A stretch of 64,000 nt of DNA from NCBI GenBank assembly GCA_951406725.2, contig OX597838.1, positions 25,172,001-25,236,000 of the forward strand, written 5' to 3'. Source of the stretch: Octopus vulgaris (taxonomy: Eukaryota). A program made the position numbers and the translations under genes. Below the pieces are notes generated by a model. It did no database searches. It worked only from the letters and a program-made list of their open reading frames with translations, and was not told the DNA's origin. The number at the start of each line of letters is the position of its first letter. Positions within the stretch are counted from its first letter, which is position 1. Below, piece by piece: positions 14,879 through 28,471 of this stretch.

Positions 14879-15980
14879 TTATAATATGTCACAATCAAAA
14901 TGAAATATAATGCTTGCCATCCACTGAAATAAAATATAGCAAACTATCGTTTTACACTTTGTAATTAAAGACTTGAAATATCTTCTTGGCAAAAATAAAT
15001 AAATAAATATCATCAGCGGTAGCAGAAGCAGAGGAAACAGTAGCAGCAGCAGCAGTGGAAGCAGCAGCAGCAGCAGTGGTAGCAGCGACGACAGCAGCAG
15101 CCGTTCAAGAATTTGGACCTGGAGATCTCCATTTCCAGTGACTTCGAGGGCCACCTCCCAGTGGTGTCAGGCGTCAACGAAGAGCCCTCAACTACAACAA
15201 GACGACCAAGAGTTTTTTTCTTTTTCCAAGGTCTGGGGTTTCCCGCCCCTAAGCCCTAGACCATCACCTTATCACCCTTACCCATCTTGTTGCTTAACAA
15301 CAACAGCAGCAGCAGCGGTGGCAGCGGAGGCTGCGGCAGCAGCGGTGGCGGCAGCAGTGGCAGTAGTGTTATAACATCCACTTTTCCTTAACTGCCTGGG
15401 TCGAACAGCCTTTGACAAGGGAGATTTTCCTTACAGTCAGATAGATACCCTTCCTGTCATCAAGCTTCACCTGTTTCCCCTCCTCAGCCCCATGATGACC
15501 AGACATGTTTTCACAGACAACTGGAAATGATGACAGGACACTGCTTGCATGATGGTGACACTCGCTTACAAGCATCATGTGATGATAAGGCAAAGAGACA
15601 GTAACACATACACACACATTCATGCACACATACATCATACAGAATTGTTAATCTCTACACATTTTTTTCTCTTCATATTTTCCTCTCAGTCCTTCTTGAC
15701 AAAGAGCATAGGCTCAAAATACCAAAAACTTTTCCATCCTTCCTGAGCATCAAACTAACACACCTGTTTGTTGTTCCTCCACCTGTCTTATACATATACA
15801 TACATATATATATATGAATACATACATATTTTAGTGCTGTTGACACCGCCAGATTGAATGGTACTGCCCAGGTGTCGAAACCATAATGATAACTGTGAGG
15901 CAGCTGATGATGGAGGTATGCTGGATTGTTGGTATAGTTGTTTTTGTATATATGGAATAGTATTATAACACATACTTTTG

Positions 15981-16017
<37 letters not shown>

Positions 16018-17034
16018 ATATTGGTGTGGCTGTGTAGTAAGAAGCTTGCTTCCCAACTACATGGTCCCAAGTTCAATGCCACTGTGTGGCACTTTCAGCA
16101 AGTGTCTTCTACAATAGACTTGGGCTGACCAAAGCCTAGCAAGTGGGCTTGGTAGACGGAAAGTCAAAGAAGCTCACTGTGTGTGTGTGTGTGTGTGCGT
16201 GCGCGTGTGTGTGTGTGTATGTGTTTGGCCCCCACCACTGCTTGACAACCGGTGCTGGTGTGTTTACATCCCCACAATTTAGTGGTTTGACAAAAGAGAC
16301 TAAGTACCAGGCTTTACAAAAAATAAAAAGTGCTGGGGCTGGTTTGTTCAACTAAAATTCTTTGATGTGGTGCCCCAGCATGGCCACAGTCTAATGACTT
16401 AAACAAGAGAAGGATAAAATATATATATATATATATATATATGATAGGCTTCTTTCAATTTCTGTTTACCAAATTCACTCACAGGGTTTTCTGTTTGCCC
16501 TGGGTATCATAAAAGACAGTTGCCCAAGATACCACAAAGTGGAATTGAACCTGGAACCATGTGCTTGGGAAGCAAACTTCTTACCACACAGCCACACTAC
16601 TTGTGCTGAAATATTATTCAACAAAATTTTTCAAAACACAAAGATGAAAAAAAATATGTTTGCACTGAATTTTTGAGTGCAAGTAAAACAGAAATATAAA
16701 TATATATATATAATCTATATATTTGTCTCTTGTGAGATGGAGAGGAGGTGGCAGAAATATGCATATTGCTTTGAATCTTAAAACTGCATCATGTTTTAAC
16801 CTATTTCTAAATTTAGTTACTTTATTACCATGAGTATATAATAAACTATGCCCTTGTTATAAACTAATAACTACTGTTGATATTATTGTTGTTGTCGTTA
16901 TTAAGGTGGTGTGCTGGCGAAATTTTTAGCATGCCGAGGAAAATGCTCAGTGGTATTTAATCCGTTTTTACGGTCTGAGGTTCAAATCCTGCCAAGATCA
17001 ACTTCGCTCTTCATCGTTTCGAGGTCGATGAAAT

Positions 17035-17420
17035 ATTATTAACCATCTTACAAACAATAACTCTGAGAACCTTTTCAAACTTCACCCATGGATATGTTTA
17101 CAAAGTCAGAAAACAGCACAGCTCCCATGACTTTAGGAAACATTTTTTTCATGCTGAGAGTTGCTGAAGCATGGAACAAACTGCCGGCATCAGTTGTTAG
17201 TTGTCGGAGCACTGCATCCTTCAAAACTTCCATGCTTTCTGAGATTCGCCAACACTACACCTGATTTCCTCCCCTCCATACACACACAAGCATGTATCTG
17301 ACTCATACATTGTTCGCTTTCCAGACATTTTTACATTACTGTACATAATTTATACGCACTTTCTGACAAGTTGTGGTCACCTGAGCACTGTATACAATAA
17401 TTTCATTATTATTATTATTA
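17035..17420 (+). mobile_element. CR1-type LINE 3' fragment (same family as 58516-59100)
   Basis: Reverse-complement match to about 58530-58915; (ATT)n tail. Confidence 0.82.
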
Positions 17421-18020
17421 TAATTAACAGTTGAGCATTGGAGCTGATGTGATTGATTTGTCCCTACCCAGAAATTACTGAACTTTTGCCAAAATTTGAA
17501 ATCATCATTATTATTATTATGACCTTACAGGTGGGGCCCAGTTAGAATTTTCTTCAGGTCAAGTAGCCCATCCCACTGAAAAGGTTCCTGAATAAGGCTT
17601 GTTTAAGGATGATGAACAAAACACCCATATTTTCAGAGGTAAATTATTCAAACCCCCAAAGAATTCCTTTCAATATACATATGTGTGCATATGCGTGAGA
17701 GTACGAATGTGTAAGCATGTGTGAATGAGTGTGTACATGTATGTGTCAATCTGTGTGTATGATGATGATGATGAGGAGGAGGAGGAGGAGGAGGAGGCGG
17801 TGGTGGTGGTGGTGGTGGTGGTGGTAGAGGAGGAGGAGGACACTAATCCTATAGGAGTAGACAACAAACCCTAGGGCACATACATACATGCCTATGTATG
17901 TAGTGTGTGTGTGTATTTTATCTTTTACTTATTTCAATCATTAAATTGTGGCCATGCTGCAGCACCATGTTGAAGAATTTTTTTATTAAATGAATCAACA
18001 TACATATGCATGTATGTATG

Positions 18021-18068
<48 letters not shown>

Positions 18069-18391
18069 CAGACAGACAGACAGACAGGCAGGCAGGCAAG
18101 TAGACAGTCAGTCAGACAGACAGACAACACCACACAATTTCCACCAACCAGATTCACTCACAAGATGTTGTTCAACTCGGGGCTACAATGGAAGGTGGCA
18201 CACCATAGGAGTGAACCTGAAACCATGTGGTTTACTAAGTGAGCTTCTTAACCAGACACTTATCCTTGCCCCTATACAAATCAATTGTATTTTGTGCACT
18301 GTTCAGCTGCAATAGTATGTGTGCAGATAAATGCATTCCTTGAGTGTTCACATTGGTTTGTCCTGAAAGATAAGTAGATATTTAAATTTAA

Positions 18392-18442
18392 TTTGTCAAA
18401 ATATTTTCGTTGCTTTGAGACCGCGACCTGTTCACTGACAAA
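18392..18442 (-). ncRNA. Inverted copy of the G3:C8 hammerhead-like motif
   Basis: Exact reverse complement of 18462-18512. Confidence 0.6.
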
Positions 18443-18461
18443 ACTCCGAGCTGCATGGAGT

Positions 18462-18512
18462 TTTGTCAGTGAACAGGTCGCGGTCTCAAAGCAACGAAAA
18501 TATTTTGACAAA
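18462..18512 (+). ncRNA. Minimal type-I hammerhead-like ribozyme, G3:C8 core variant
   Basis: Stem I TTTGTCA/TGACAAA; core GTGAACA; stem II GTCGC/GCAAC; GAAA; palindromic stem III AATATT; NUH = UUU. Confidence 0.6.
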
Positions 18513-19179
18513 TTAAATTTAAATGTTGAAGTGAATCTAATGGTTTTTGCGTGTTTCTAAATGCCTTATAAACACCTTCCACGCTGCAATTGTTTTCGTT
18601 CCAGCACACGATCTCAGATCAGGTCACTTGCTATGCAAGTACATCTCCGATAAGTAGATAGTTTTTCTGTTATTTATTATTTATACTTTTGTATGTCTGA
18701 AAGTGAGATTGTTAATTGGTGGAACCCAAGTGCAGGTTGCCATTCTCAGATAAAACAAAATTGACTACATCAATAAGTTTACATATCACAGAAGCTGTAT
18801 TTCCAATGAAGGGGATGTATTTCTGTTTCAATATTCCATCACTCCATCACCTCAATATTTTATTATTCTATCACTCTGTCATTTCACCATTCCACTATTC
18901 CATCATTCTATCAATTTGTTTGTACATCATTCTATCACTCCATTATTTCACCATTCCACTATTCCATCACATTACTATTCTATCATTTCATCAATATATT
19001 ATTCCATCACTCCATCTTTCCATTATTCCACAATTCTACCATTCCATCATTCAGAGCTACAAATTTTACAATGGTAGTTTATACAACATTAATGAAAATA
19101 TTTGGTTACTATAGCAACAAGAGGAATTGCTTATGACCAAGTTGATGGCTTGGCTGAATAGCAACCTAATGGCAATTTT

Positions 19180-19695
19180 ATGTTGACATATTTAATGGTT
19201 AATTAGTGCTGACATATTTAATAGCTAATTAGAGATGACTCGTTTCATGGTTAATTAGCGACACATATTTAATGGTTAATTTGTGCTGACATTAATGGTT
19301 AATTAGGGATGATATATTTAATGGTTAATTAATACCGACATGTTTAATAGTTAATTAATGCTGACGTATCTAAGAGTTAATACTGACATGTTTAATGGTT
19401 AATTAATGCTGACATATTTAATGATTGATTAATGCTGACATATCTAAGGGTTAATTAATACAGACATGTTTAATGGTTAATTAATGCTGACATATTTAAT
19501 GTTTAATTAATGCTGATGTATTTAAGGGTTAATTAATACTGACATGTTTAATGGTTAATTAATGCTGACATATTTAATGATTAATTAATGCTGACGTATT
19601 TAAGGGTCAATTAATACTGGCATGTTTAATGGTTAATTAATGCTGATGTATTTAAGGGTTAATTAATGCTGACATATTTAATAGTTAATTAATGC
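19180..19695. repeat. 26-bp minisatellite (GCTGACATATTTAATGGTTAATTAAT), about 20 units
   Basis: Direct tandem repeats with three alternating variants; interrupted by SINE B at about 19693. Confidence 0.9.
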
Positions 19696-20438
19696 TGGCA
19701 GAATTGTTTGCACACTGAGCAAAATGCTTAGCGGCATTTCATCCATCTTTACATTCTGAGTTCAAATTCTGCCATGGTCAACTTTGCCTTTCATCCCTTC
19801 AGGGACAATAAAATCAGTACCAACTGAGCTCTGGGGTCGATGTAACTGCCTTACCCCTTCCCCCAAACATGCTGGCCTTGTGCCAAAATTTGAAACAAAT
19901 TAGTGATGATATATCTAGTGGCTAATTAATGCTGATTAACTAGGGATGATAATTAATGCATGGATTAAATGGAGGAATGGGTGGGTAGATATATGGAAGG
20001 ACAGGTTGCTGGATAGGTGGGTGGACAGCCAATGGGTGGATAAGTAGACAGATGAATGGCTGAGTAGATGAACGGGTGGTTGGGTAGGTGACAATATTAG
20101 CTGAAGAGTGGGTGAGTAGATAGATGGAGAGATGAATGGACAGACAGATGGAGAAATGGATGGATGAATGGGGTGGTTATTTGGGTGGATGACTGGATGT
20201 TGGGTGGCTGAATTTAATATTCTTTTATTCTTTTATTTGTTTCAGTCATCTGACTGTGGCCATGCTGGAGCACTGCCTTTAGTCGAGCAAATCAACCCAA
20301 GGACTTATTCTTTGTAAGCCTAGTACTTATTCTATCAGTCTCTCTTGCCAAGCCACTAAGTGATGGGGACATAAACACACCAGCGTTGGTTGTCAAGCGA
20401 TGTTGGGGGGACAAACACACACAAACATATACATACAA

Positions 20439-20470
<32 letters not shown>

Positions 20471-21210
20471 GACATGCTTCTTTCAGTTTCCGTCTACCAA
20501 ATCCACTCATAAGGCTTTGGTCGGCCCAAGGCTATAGTAGAAGACACTTGCTCAAGGTGCCATACAGTGGGACTGAACCTGGAACCATGTGGTTGGTAAG
20601 CAAGCTACTTACCACACAGCCACTCCTGCACCTGATAGGTAGTGAAATAGATGAATGATGGGTGAATAAATAAATGGGTAGATGAACAGATGGACAGATG
20701 GATAGATTGATGGATGAGGCAGCTGCTTAGATGTATGGACGGGTGGATGGATGGATGCATGCATGCATGCATCAGTGGAGGGAGGGATCAGAATGAACTG
20801 GTGAATGGATAAATTGATTCATGGATGAATGGGATGGATGGACAGGTAAGCAAAAGTTGATAGCCAATGCATGGATCTAAATAGGTAGGTAGGTCGGATA
20901 CAGATAGGTAGGCAGGTAGGTTAGGTAGGTAAGGTAGGTGGGTAGGTAGGTAGGTGGGTAGGTAGGTAGGTCAGATGCTTAACTATCCAACATTGTGGGA
21001 TAGTTAAGCAGGTACATAAGTAGGTAAGTAGGTAGAAATAGGTATGAAGTTATCTGGTTTGGTAGATCGGTAAGTAATTTACATAGATAAGTAAAAGTGT
21101 ATAGAGGTTGGTAGGTGTATAGATAGGTGGGCGGTAGACATGTAGCTACATAAGTAAGTATACATGTATATCTACTCACACACACACACACATGTACACA
21201 CACACACACA

Positions 21211-21258
<48 letters not shown>

Positions 21259-21579
21259 AACACAAGCATGTGTCAAAAAGTAATGCAAACAAAAATGTAT
21301 TACTTTCTGACTCCCCCTTGTTTGTGTATGTATGTATATATATATATATATATACTTATGTGTCTGTCTATCTATCTAGCTTTCTGCCTTTCTTTCTATC
21401 TACCTAGCTCTCTCTCTATATTTGTATGTATGCACATTTGTATCTATGTATGTATGTATGCATGTATGCATGTATGTATGTATACATGCATGCATGTATG
21501 TATGTATGTATGTATGTATGTATGTATGTATGTATGTATGTATGTATGCATGTAGTTATGTATGTATGTATATAGAATT

Positions 21580-21975
21580 AAGGATAAAATCACTTCAATG
21601 ATTTTATCAAGTAGCCAGCATGAAATAAAAACCTTACAGGTAACATTTTATACTATAATTTATAATTATATAAATAATTATATTAAAGGGTGTGGGCTGA
21701 CCACACCAACACGCTAGAAATAGATGCCAAATAGCTCTAAAACTAACTCAATACTCCATTAGCACAGGTTGTAAGTGGGCAGATGAAAAAATAAATACAA
21801 TTTTTTGATCAATTGTAAATTGATTTACAATTGAACAAAAATGCTTATTTTTCATCTGCCTGCTTACAACCCATGCTAATGGAGCATTGAGGTAGTTTTA
21901 GACCCATTTGATGTCTATTTCTAGCATGTTGGTGTGGTCAATCCACACCTTTTAATATAATTATTTATATTATTA
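21580..21975. repeat. Fold-back element (arms about 140 bp) next to (TA)n; partial copy at 23630-23830
   Basis: 21668-21810 mirrors 21825-21972. Confidence 0.8.
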
Positions 21976-22363
21976 TACATTAGTGTGTGTATATATATAT
22001 ATATATATACAAATTGAGATAGGGGTTGTAAATGCAACCCTCCATGGGATCAACCATAAAGGTCTAATATTGGTAAAATGAGACATACTTATCTACTTGG
22101 CCGAAACAGCTGTAAGATGTAATCTATACTTATATTTATATTTACTTATATTTATATTCTCTTTTATATATATTCTACTTATTATACAACATTACTCTTT
22201 TATGTACACTTTTTTATGTACATTCCTTTATGTACACTGATTTGTTCTGCTTTTTATATTTAACCCTACAGTCTCTTATGTGGTGGTTTAATAAAGTATG
22301 TGATTGAGTATTATCTGGTAATTGATATTTGATTTAGATGTATTTCTCCATTTTCTTATCTTG

Positions 22364-22399
<36 letters not shown>

Positions 22400-22404
22400 G
22401 ATAT

Positions 22405-22620
22405 AAATAAGGATAAGATCGATATCTAAATACCAATCTTATCAGGTGGCCAGCATGGGAATTAAAACCTTCAAAGGTAATAATTATTTAAAATTATACT
22501 TTAGGGTATCTAAGAGATACTACCACGCTGAAAATAGCAGTCAAAACTTGACTCTAAAACCAAGTTTTGACTGCTATTTCCAGCGTGGTGGTATCTCTTA
22601 GATACCCTAAAGTATAATTA
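22405..22620. repeat. Fold-back element next to (TA)n; related copy at 56570-56745
   Basis: 22492-22550 mirrors 22561-22619. Confidence 0.8.
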
Positions 22621-22983
22621 GTCCAGTACGTCAACACCAACATCAAAATAAAAATCAAATGGAAATTGTAGTTAAGACACCTGTGTTGGTGATGCGTAAA
22701 AAGCACCGTCCAAATGTGGCAGATGCCAGCGCCGCCTGACTGGCGTCCGTGTTGGTGACACGTAAAAGCACCAACCGATCATGGCTGATTGCCAGCCTCC
22801 TCTGGCCCCTGTGCCGGTGGCACGTAAAAAGCACCCACTACACTCACGGAGTGGTTGGCGTTAGGAAGGGCATCCAGCTGTAGAAACACTGCCAAACCAG
22901 ACTGGAGCCTGGTGCAGCCTCCATGGCTTACCAGACCCCGGTCGAACCGTCCAACCCATGCTAGCATGGAAAACGGACGTTAA

Positions 22984-23015
<32 letters not shown>

Positions 23016-24692
23016 AGGTAGGTAGGTAGTTTGCTTGATGTAGTATTTAAAATCTAACTTATAAACAAATAATTATGTTTATTTTCATTATTTAGCTGCA
23101 GGTCAACTTTTATCAAGTAGACAAGGATCAGAGTGTTCCAGCCATGATCATCTCATCTTATTTCAGACAATATGTCCCTTTTTACACACCCACCTACCTC
23201 TCTATCTACCCACATTTCCAGCCATCACCCATCCACCTCTCTATCCATCCATCCATCCACCCAATGAGAAAGAACTATTTAATGCTGGCAGAGTGTGATT
23301 TGAAGGATATTTAACTGTTTTTTCTAGCAAGTCCAGTAACTACATAGAGGTTTCTTTGTCGGTTCACGTCAGTGTAACATGGATGGGCGTAGGGTAGTAA
23401 CAGGAGACCCATAAAAGTGATGCATTTAGCGGAAAACATAGATAAATGACTATCAAGACAAAAAGTAAAAAGTTAATTAAAATATTAGCTAAAAGGTGTG
23501 TGAGATGTTGTTCAATAGAATCGCATAATACTCTGTTAATTGCACGCTTGTGTTGAATTAATAATAAAGAACTTAATGGCAAGTCTGGTGAAGGCATGTG
23601 GTTTACTGGTTAGGGATATTTAGCTCATGGTTATATTAGAGGGCGCGAACTGACCACACCAACACACAAGAAATAGATGCCAAATGGCTCTAAAACTACC
23701 TCAATATTCCATTAGCACAGGTTGTAAGTGGGCAGATGAAAAAATAAATTGATTTACAATTGAGCAAAAATGCTTATTTAGTTTTTCATCTGCCTGTTTT
23801 ACAACCCATGCTAATGGAGCATTGAGGTGGTTGCAAGTTCAATTCCTGGTGGTCCAAGGTGTCCTTGAGCAAGATTCTTTATTGCATGTTGCTCCAGTGC
23901 ACTCAGCTGGTAAAAATGGGGTATGGGTGACTGTGGAGTGCTCAGCCACTTGCATGTTAATTTCACAAACAGGTTGTTCCATTGATCAGATCAACAGGAA
24001 CCCTTGTCATCGTAACTAACAGAGTGCCAGTTAATGGCAAGTCTACAGTATTTTTCTTAGTCTTAGCCAATCCACTTGAAATGGAGCTATAGTAGAAAAC
24101 ACTTGCCCAAGGTGCCACGCAATGGGGTTGAACCTGAAACCACATGGTTGGGAAGTAAACTTTTCAATCACAGCAATGGTCAACAATGTATATTTCTATA
24201 TCCATTGTTACAGAGATAAAAGCTGATTAAGTTGTCAGATTCAGACACTCAAAGATTCATTAAGAATAGAAACATTCAATAAACAAAGAGACACCATATA
24301 ACAAGGCCTCTGAAGATGGCCATGGGGTGTGTCGAAAGTCAAGATTCATTAGTTAAAGCTGTCTATCCATTTAGGCAACTAACCACTGACAGATAGAATG
24401 TTTTGCTACTTTAAACCATACAAAGAGATCAGAGCTACAAGTTTTGCCAGACATGCATTAATAAAGAGCTCTTCCTAAATGATTGATTTATTGAAAGAAA
24501 CAAAGTGCAAGGACTTCGATTTATGGCAACACAACAAACAATTGGAAATGGAGAAGAGAAGTTTAAGCTTTAATATGCACAGACACTCAAGTAATTACAT
24601 CTGCATATTAATGTGTGTGTATGTGTGTAAAAAAAGAAAGAAAGAAAGACAGAGAGAGAGATAGATAGTCAGAGAGACAGACAGACAGATAT

Positions 24693-24764
<72 letters not shown>

Positions 24765-25034
24765 GATGAGGTAGGTTGGTAAGCATGTAGATAGGTTGAT
24801 AGGTGGGTAGGAATGAAGAAGAGAAATTTAAACATTAATATGAGCAGACACACAAATAATTACATATATTTGTACACAGGCACTCAAACAATAACACATA
24901 TGCATACACACACACACATACATACATATATGTATTATGTATGCCTGTGTATGAATGTGTAAGTGCATACATGTATATGTCTGTAGATGTGTAAGTATAT
25001 GTTTGTGCGTATACACATATATTTATCTACATAA

Positions 25035-25077
<43 letters not shown>

Positions 25078-25387
25078 GATACCAGTGCCGGTGGCACATA
25101 AGAGAACCATCCGAACGTGGCCGTTGCCAGCGCTGCCCCGACTGGCTTCCGTGCCGGTGGCACGTAAAAAGCTCCATCCAATCGTGGCCGTTTACCAGCC
25201 TCGTCTGGCACGTAAAAAGCACCCACTACACACATGGAGTGGTTGGCGTTAGGAAAGGCATCCAGCCATAGAAACATTGCCAGATCAGACTGGGCCTGGT
25301 GTAGCCTTCTGGCTTCCCAGACCCCAGTTGCACCGTCCAACCCATGCCAGCATGGAAAGCGGACGCTAAACGATGATGATGATGATG

Positions 25388-25456
<69 letters not shown>

Positions 25457-25540
25457 CATACACATATATATACACAATACCTATATGTGTAAATATTGTG
25501 TGTGTACTTATATATGCATAGATGGATGGATAGATGGATG

Positions 25541-25611
<71 letters not shown>

Positions 25612-26150
25612 GGATAGATAGATAGATAGATAGGTAGGTCTGACAAGAGCCACCAGATTATCATCCATGACACATGTGACTGAATACGCTTGACTGGAAC
25701 ACCAGTCCATCTCAATTTTAATTCCGCAGCAGGCAGCTGGTATTCATTCATTATCAGCTGAGAGAGCTGGACCAATGTGAAAATGAAGTTCCTCACTAAA
25801 AAACACAGCACACCGACTGGTTCAGGAATTGAACCCATAATCACCAAATCACCACATATGATATTTCTATGTTGAACACTCACTCTTGACATACATCATT
25901 CCTGGAAATTTTTTAAACATTTAAACATGAGCCATGCAAAATCTTTGATCCCTTCATCCTAAATGATTTGGGAAAGGATCACGACAATGTCGAGTCTGTG
26001 CCAACACTCATGGGGTCATAAGGAAATATCGTCTCTTTATGTGCCAAAGATGTTTCAGAGAATATTCCAATAACTGGATTTATGAAGCTTGACTAATGGT
26101 TAATACTGGATGTTCCAAAAGTCACTGATGGGTTATAATTTTTAATAACA

Positions 26151-26580
26151 TCTCTTTACTCTCTTTTACTCTTTTACTCGTTTCAGTCATTTGACTGCGG
26201 CCATGCTGGAGCACCACCTTTTAGCCGAACAAATCGACCCCAGGACTTATTTTTTGTAAGCCTAGTACTTATTCTATCGGTCTCTTTTGCCGAACCGCTA
26301 AGTTATGGGGACGTAAACACACCAGCATCGGTTGTCAAGCGATGTTGGGGGGACAAACACAGACACACAAATATATACTCACACATACATATATATATAT
26401 ATATATATACATATATACGACGGGCTTCTTTCAGTTTCCATTTACCAAATCCACTCACAAGGCTTTGGTTGGCCCGAGGCTATAGTAGAAGACACTTGCC
26501 CAAGGTGCTATGCAGTGGGACTGAACCCAGAACCATGTGGTTGGTAAGCAAGCTACTTACCACACAGCCACTCCTGCACC
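26151..26580 (-). mobile_element. Full-length tRNA-derived SINE, family A (about 18 copies or fragments in window)
   Basis: Head GG(C/T)GCAGGAGTGGCTGTGTGGTAAG...GGTTCAGTCCC, central (TA)/(TG)n, tail (AAAAGAGT)n. Confidence 0.85.
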
Positions 26581-26694
26581 TTAACTTTACAAATAAATGC
26601 ATGAAATTTTGATACAATATAAAAGGCATTATGGAAATTAATATATATACACAAGTCAAATTTTGCAACACCACTACATCATATATGAAAAATA

Positions 26695-26920
26695 GCATTG
26701 CTTAAATGGCTGCCATTTTCGGCTTTGCATACCCATGCACATTCCAAAACCTGCACTATAGCACCATCAAGAATTTCAAACCCCACTGCTCTGATTTCTC
26801 TATTGATGTTCTCCGTCAATTGCACCAGGGTCTCTGGTTTGTTGATGTAAACCTTCCCTTTCAGGTATCCTCACAAGAAAAAATCCAGGCTAGTCAAGTC
26901 AATATCTTGAGGCCCTGCTA
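26695..26920 (-). pseudogene. Tc1/mariner transposase C-terminal relic
   Basis: Minus frame DLTSLDFFL*GYLKGKVYINKPETLVQLTENINREI...CKAENGSHL matches the SPDLtPlDfflWgylK.kVY...GghF motif. Confidence 0.8.
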
Positions 26921-27189
26921 AGAAACATCATTTAACTGGTTTAAAAGACAATAAATTTCATTATAATATAAAAGAAGATGAAGGTGGCAAACTAGTGGAA
27001 CCATTAGCATGCTGGACAAAATGCACAGCAGCATTTTGTCTGTCTTAATGTTCTGAGTTCAAATACTGCTGAGGTCGACTTGCCCTTCATCCTTTCAGGA
27101 AGTACCAGCTGAAGATTGCAGTTGATGTAATCGACTTAACTCCCATCCCTCAAACATGCTGGCCTTGTGCCAAAATTTGAAACCAATAT

Positions 27190-27480
27190 AAAAGAAGACA
27201 TGGGATGAAGTACTGAAGGATGACCTCTGGACGCTGACCCTTTCAGATGAGATGACAAAGGTCCAAGATTCCTGGTGTCTTGCTGTACTCAAGAAGACCC
27301 AAACTCCACAGCAGGGATGTTAAGGCCACCACTCCCCCTGGCAAAGAGGATTGGTCTGCAAGAGTCCTGCACTGGTGTCATGTAAAAAGTATTTGTGCTG
27401 GGGCCACATAAAAGAACTCAGCACATCCTGTAAAGTGGCTGATGTTAGGATGGGCACCCAGTCATAGAAACTATGCCAAA
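27190..27480 (+). mobile_element. RTE LINE 3' end (ORF C-terminus plus UTR)
   Basis: RTE-like KTWDEVLKDDLWTL...WCLAVLKKT followed by a diverged copy of the AGGAAGGGCATCCAG UTR motif. This links the abundant (GAT)n-tailed repeat to RTE. Confidence 0.7.
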
Positions 27481-28256
27481 TTTTAAGGCGACAAGCTGGC
27501 AGAAACATTAGCGCGCAGGGTGAAATGCTTATCGGTATTTCGTCTGTCTTTACATTCTGAGTTCAAATTCTGCCGAGGTTGACTTTGCTTTTCATCCTTT
27601 CGGGGTCGATAAATTAAGTACCAGCTACACACTGGGGTCGATGTAATCAACTTAATCCCTTTGTCTGCCTTTGTCTGTCCCCTCTATGTTTAGCCCCTTA
27701 TGGACAATAAAGAAATAAGAAAACAAGCCAAATCAGACTGGGGTATGGTGCAGCCCCTAAGCTTGCTAGTGCTGATCAAACCAGCCCAGCCCAGCCTGGA
27801 AAACAGACATTAAGGGATGGTGATGATGATGCTAGCAAATCTTAATTACATTCACACAGATATTAGAATTAGGATTTGGAATAGTTTGTTCTACTCAACT
27901 TCAATTAGAAATTCCAGCAACACACATCACATCTAAGCATAGCATGAAATATTAATACACACCCTTGATGTAATTATGAGTGTATATGTATGACCAACAT
28001 GTGTTTCTGAAAGCATGCATGCATACATACATATATACATACATAACAGGTGACATATATTCCAGGTGTGCTTGTTGTGTGCTGCACATCCATCAAAAAT
28101 GGCAAATCCATTATGAATATTACCCTAACTCATTAATTAATCACAAATTATAATGGAAATCTTTTGTTATACCTTGCTCGAAATTTGATGACAGATGTCC
28201 TGAAATAACACAGCACATGTTACAGCACATTGTATCATAATATGGTGCAGGGTGTA

Positions 28257-28471
28257 AGGCAGGGGGAGCTGGCAGAAACGTCAGCACTCTGGGCAAACTG
28301 ATTAGTGGTATTTCATCTGTCTTTACGTTCTGAGTTCAAATTCTGCAGAGATCAACTTTGCCTTTCGTCCTTTTGGGATCAATAAATTAAGTACCAGTTG
28401 CGTACTGGGGTTAATCTAATCGACTTACCCACCCCCAAAAAATTTCGGGCCTTGTGCCTAGAGTAGAAAAG
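28257..28471 (+). mobile_element. SINE family B
   Basis: 18-bp TSD AATATGGT(G/A)CAGGGT(G/A)TA. Other copies near 3318, 13830, 14070, 16902, 19693, 27485, 30134 and 63640. Confidence 0.82.

Larger units (their letters stand above)
18381..18648. mobile_element. Fold-back non-autonomous Penelope-like (pLTR-type) insertion
   Basis: Perfect 68-bp inverted repeat (18380-18447 / 18457-18524). 12-bp direct repeat GATAAGTAGATA at 18369-18380 and 18649-18660. Second family member at 54228-54568. Confidence 0.7.

Noticed and set aside
21713-21743. Resemblance to the Cas9 repeat/sgRNA scaffold (GTTTTAGAGCTAT on the minus strand; GCTAGAAATAG)
   Set aside because: Short matches inside a diverged eukaryotic repeat family. 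No repeat-spacer array, no cas genes, and the pieces lie on opposite strands.
21745-21800. Twister-like ribozyme (CAATGCT...GGTTGTAAGC)
   Set aside because: P4 and the pseudoknot partners could not be completed by eye.
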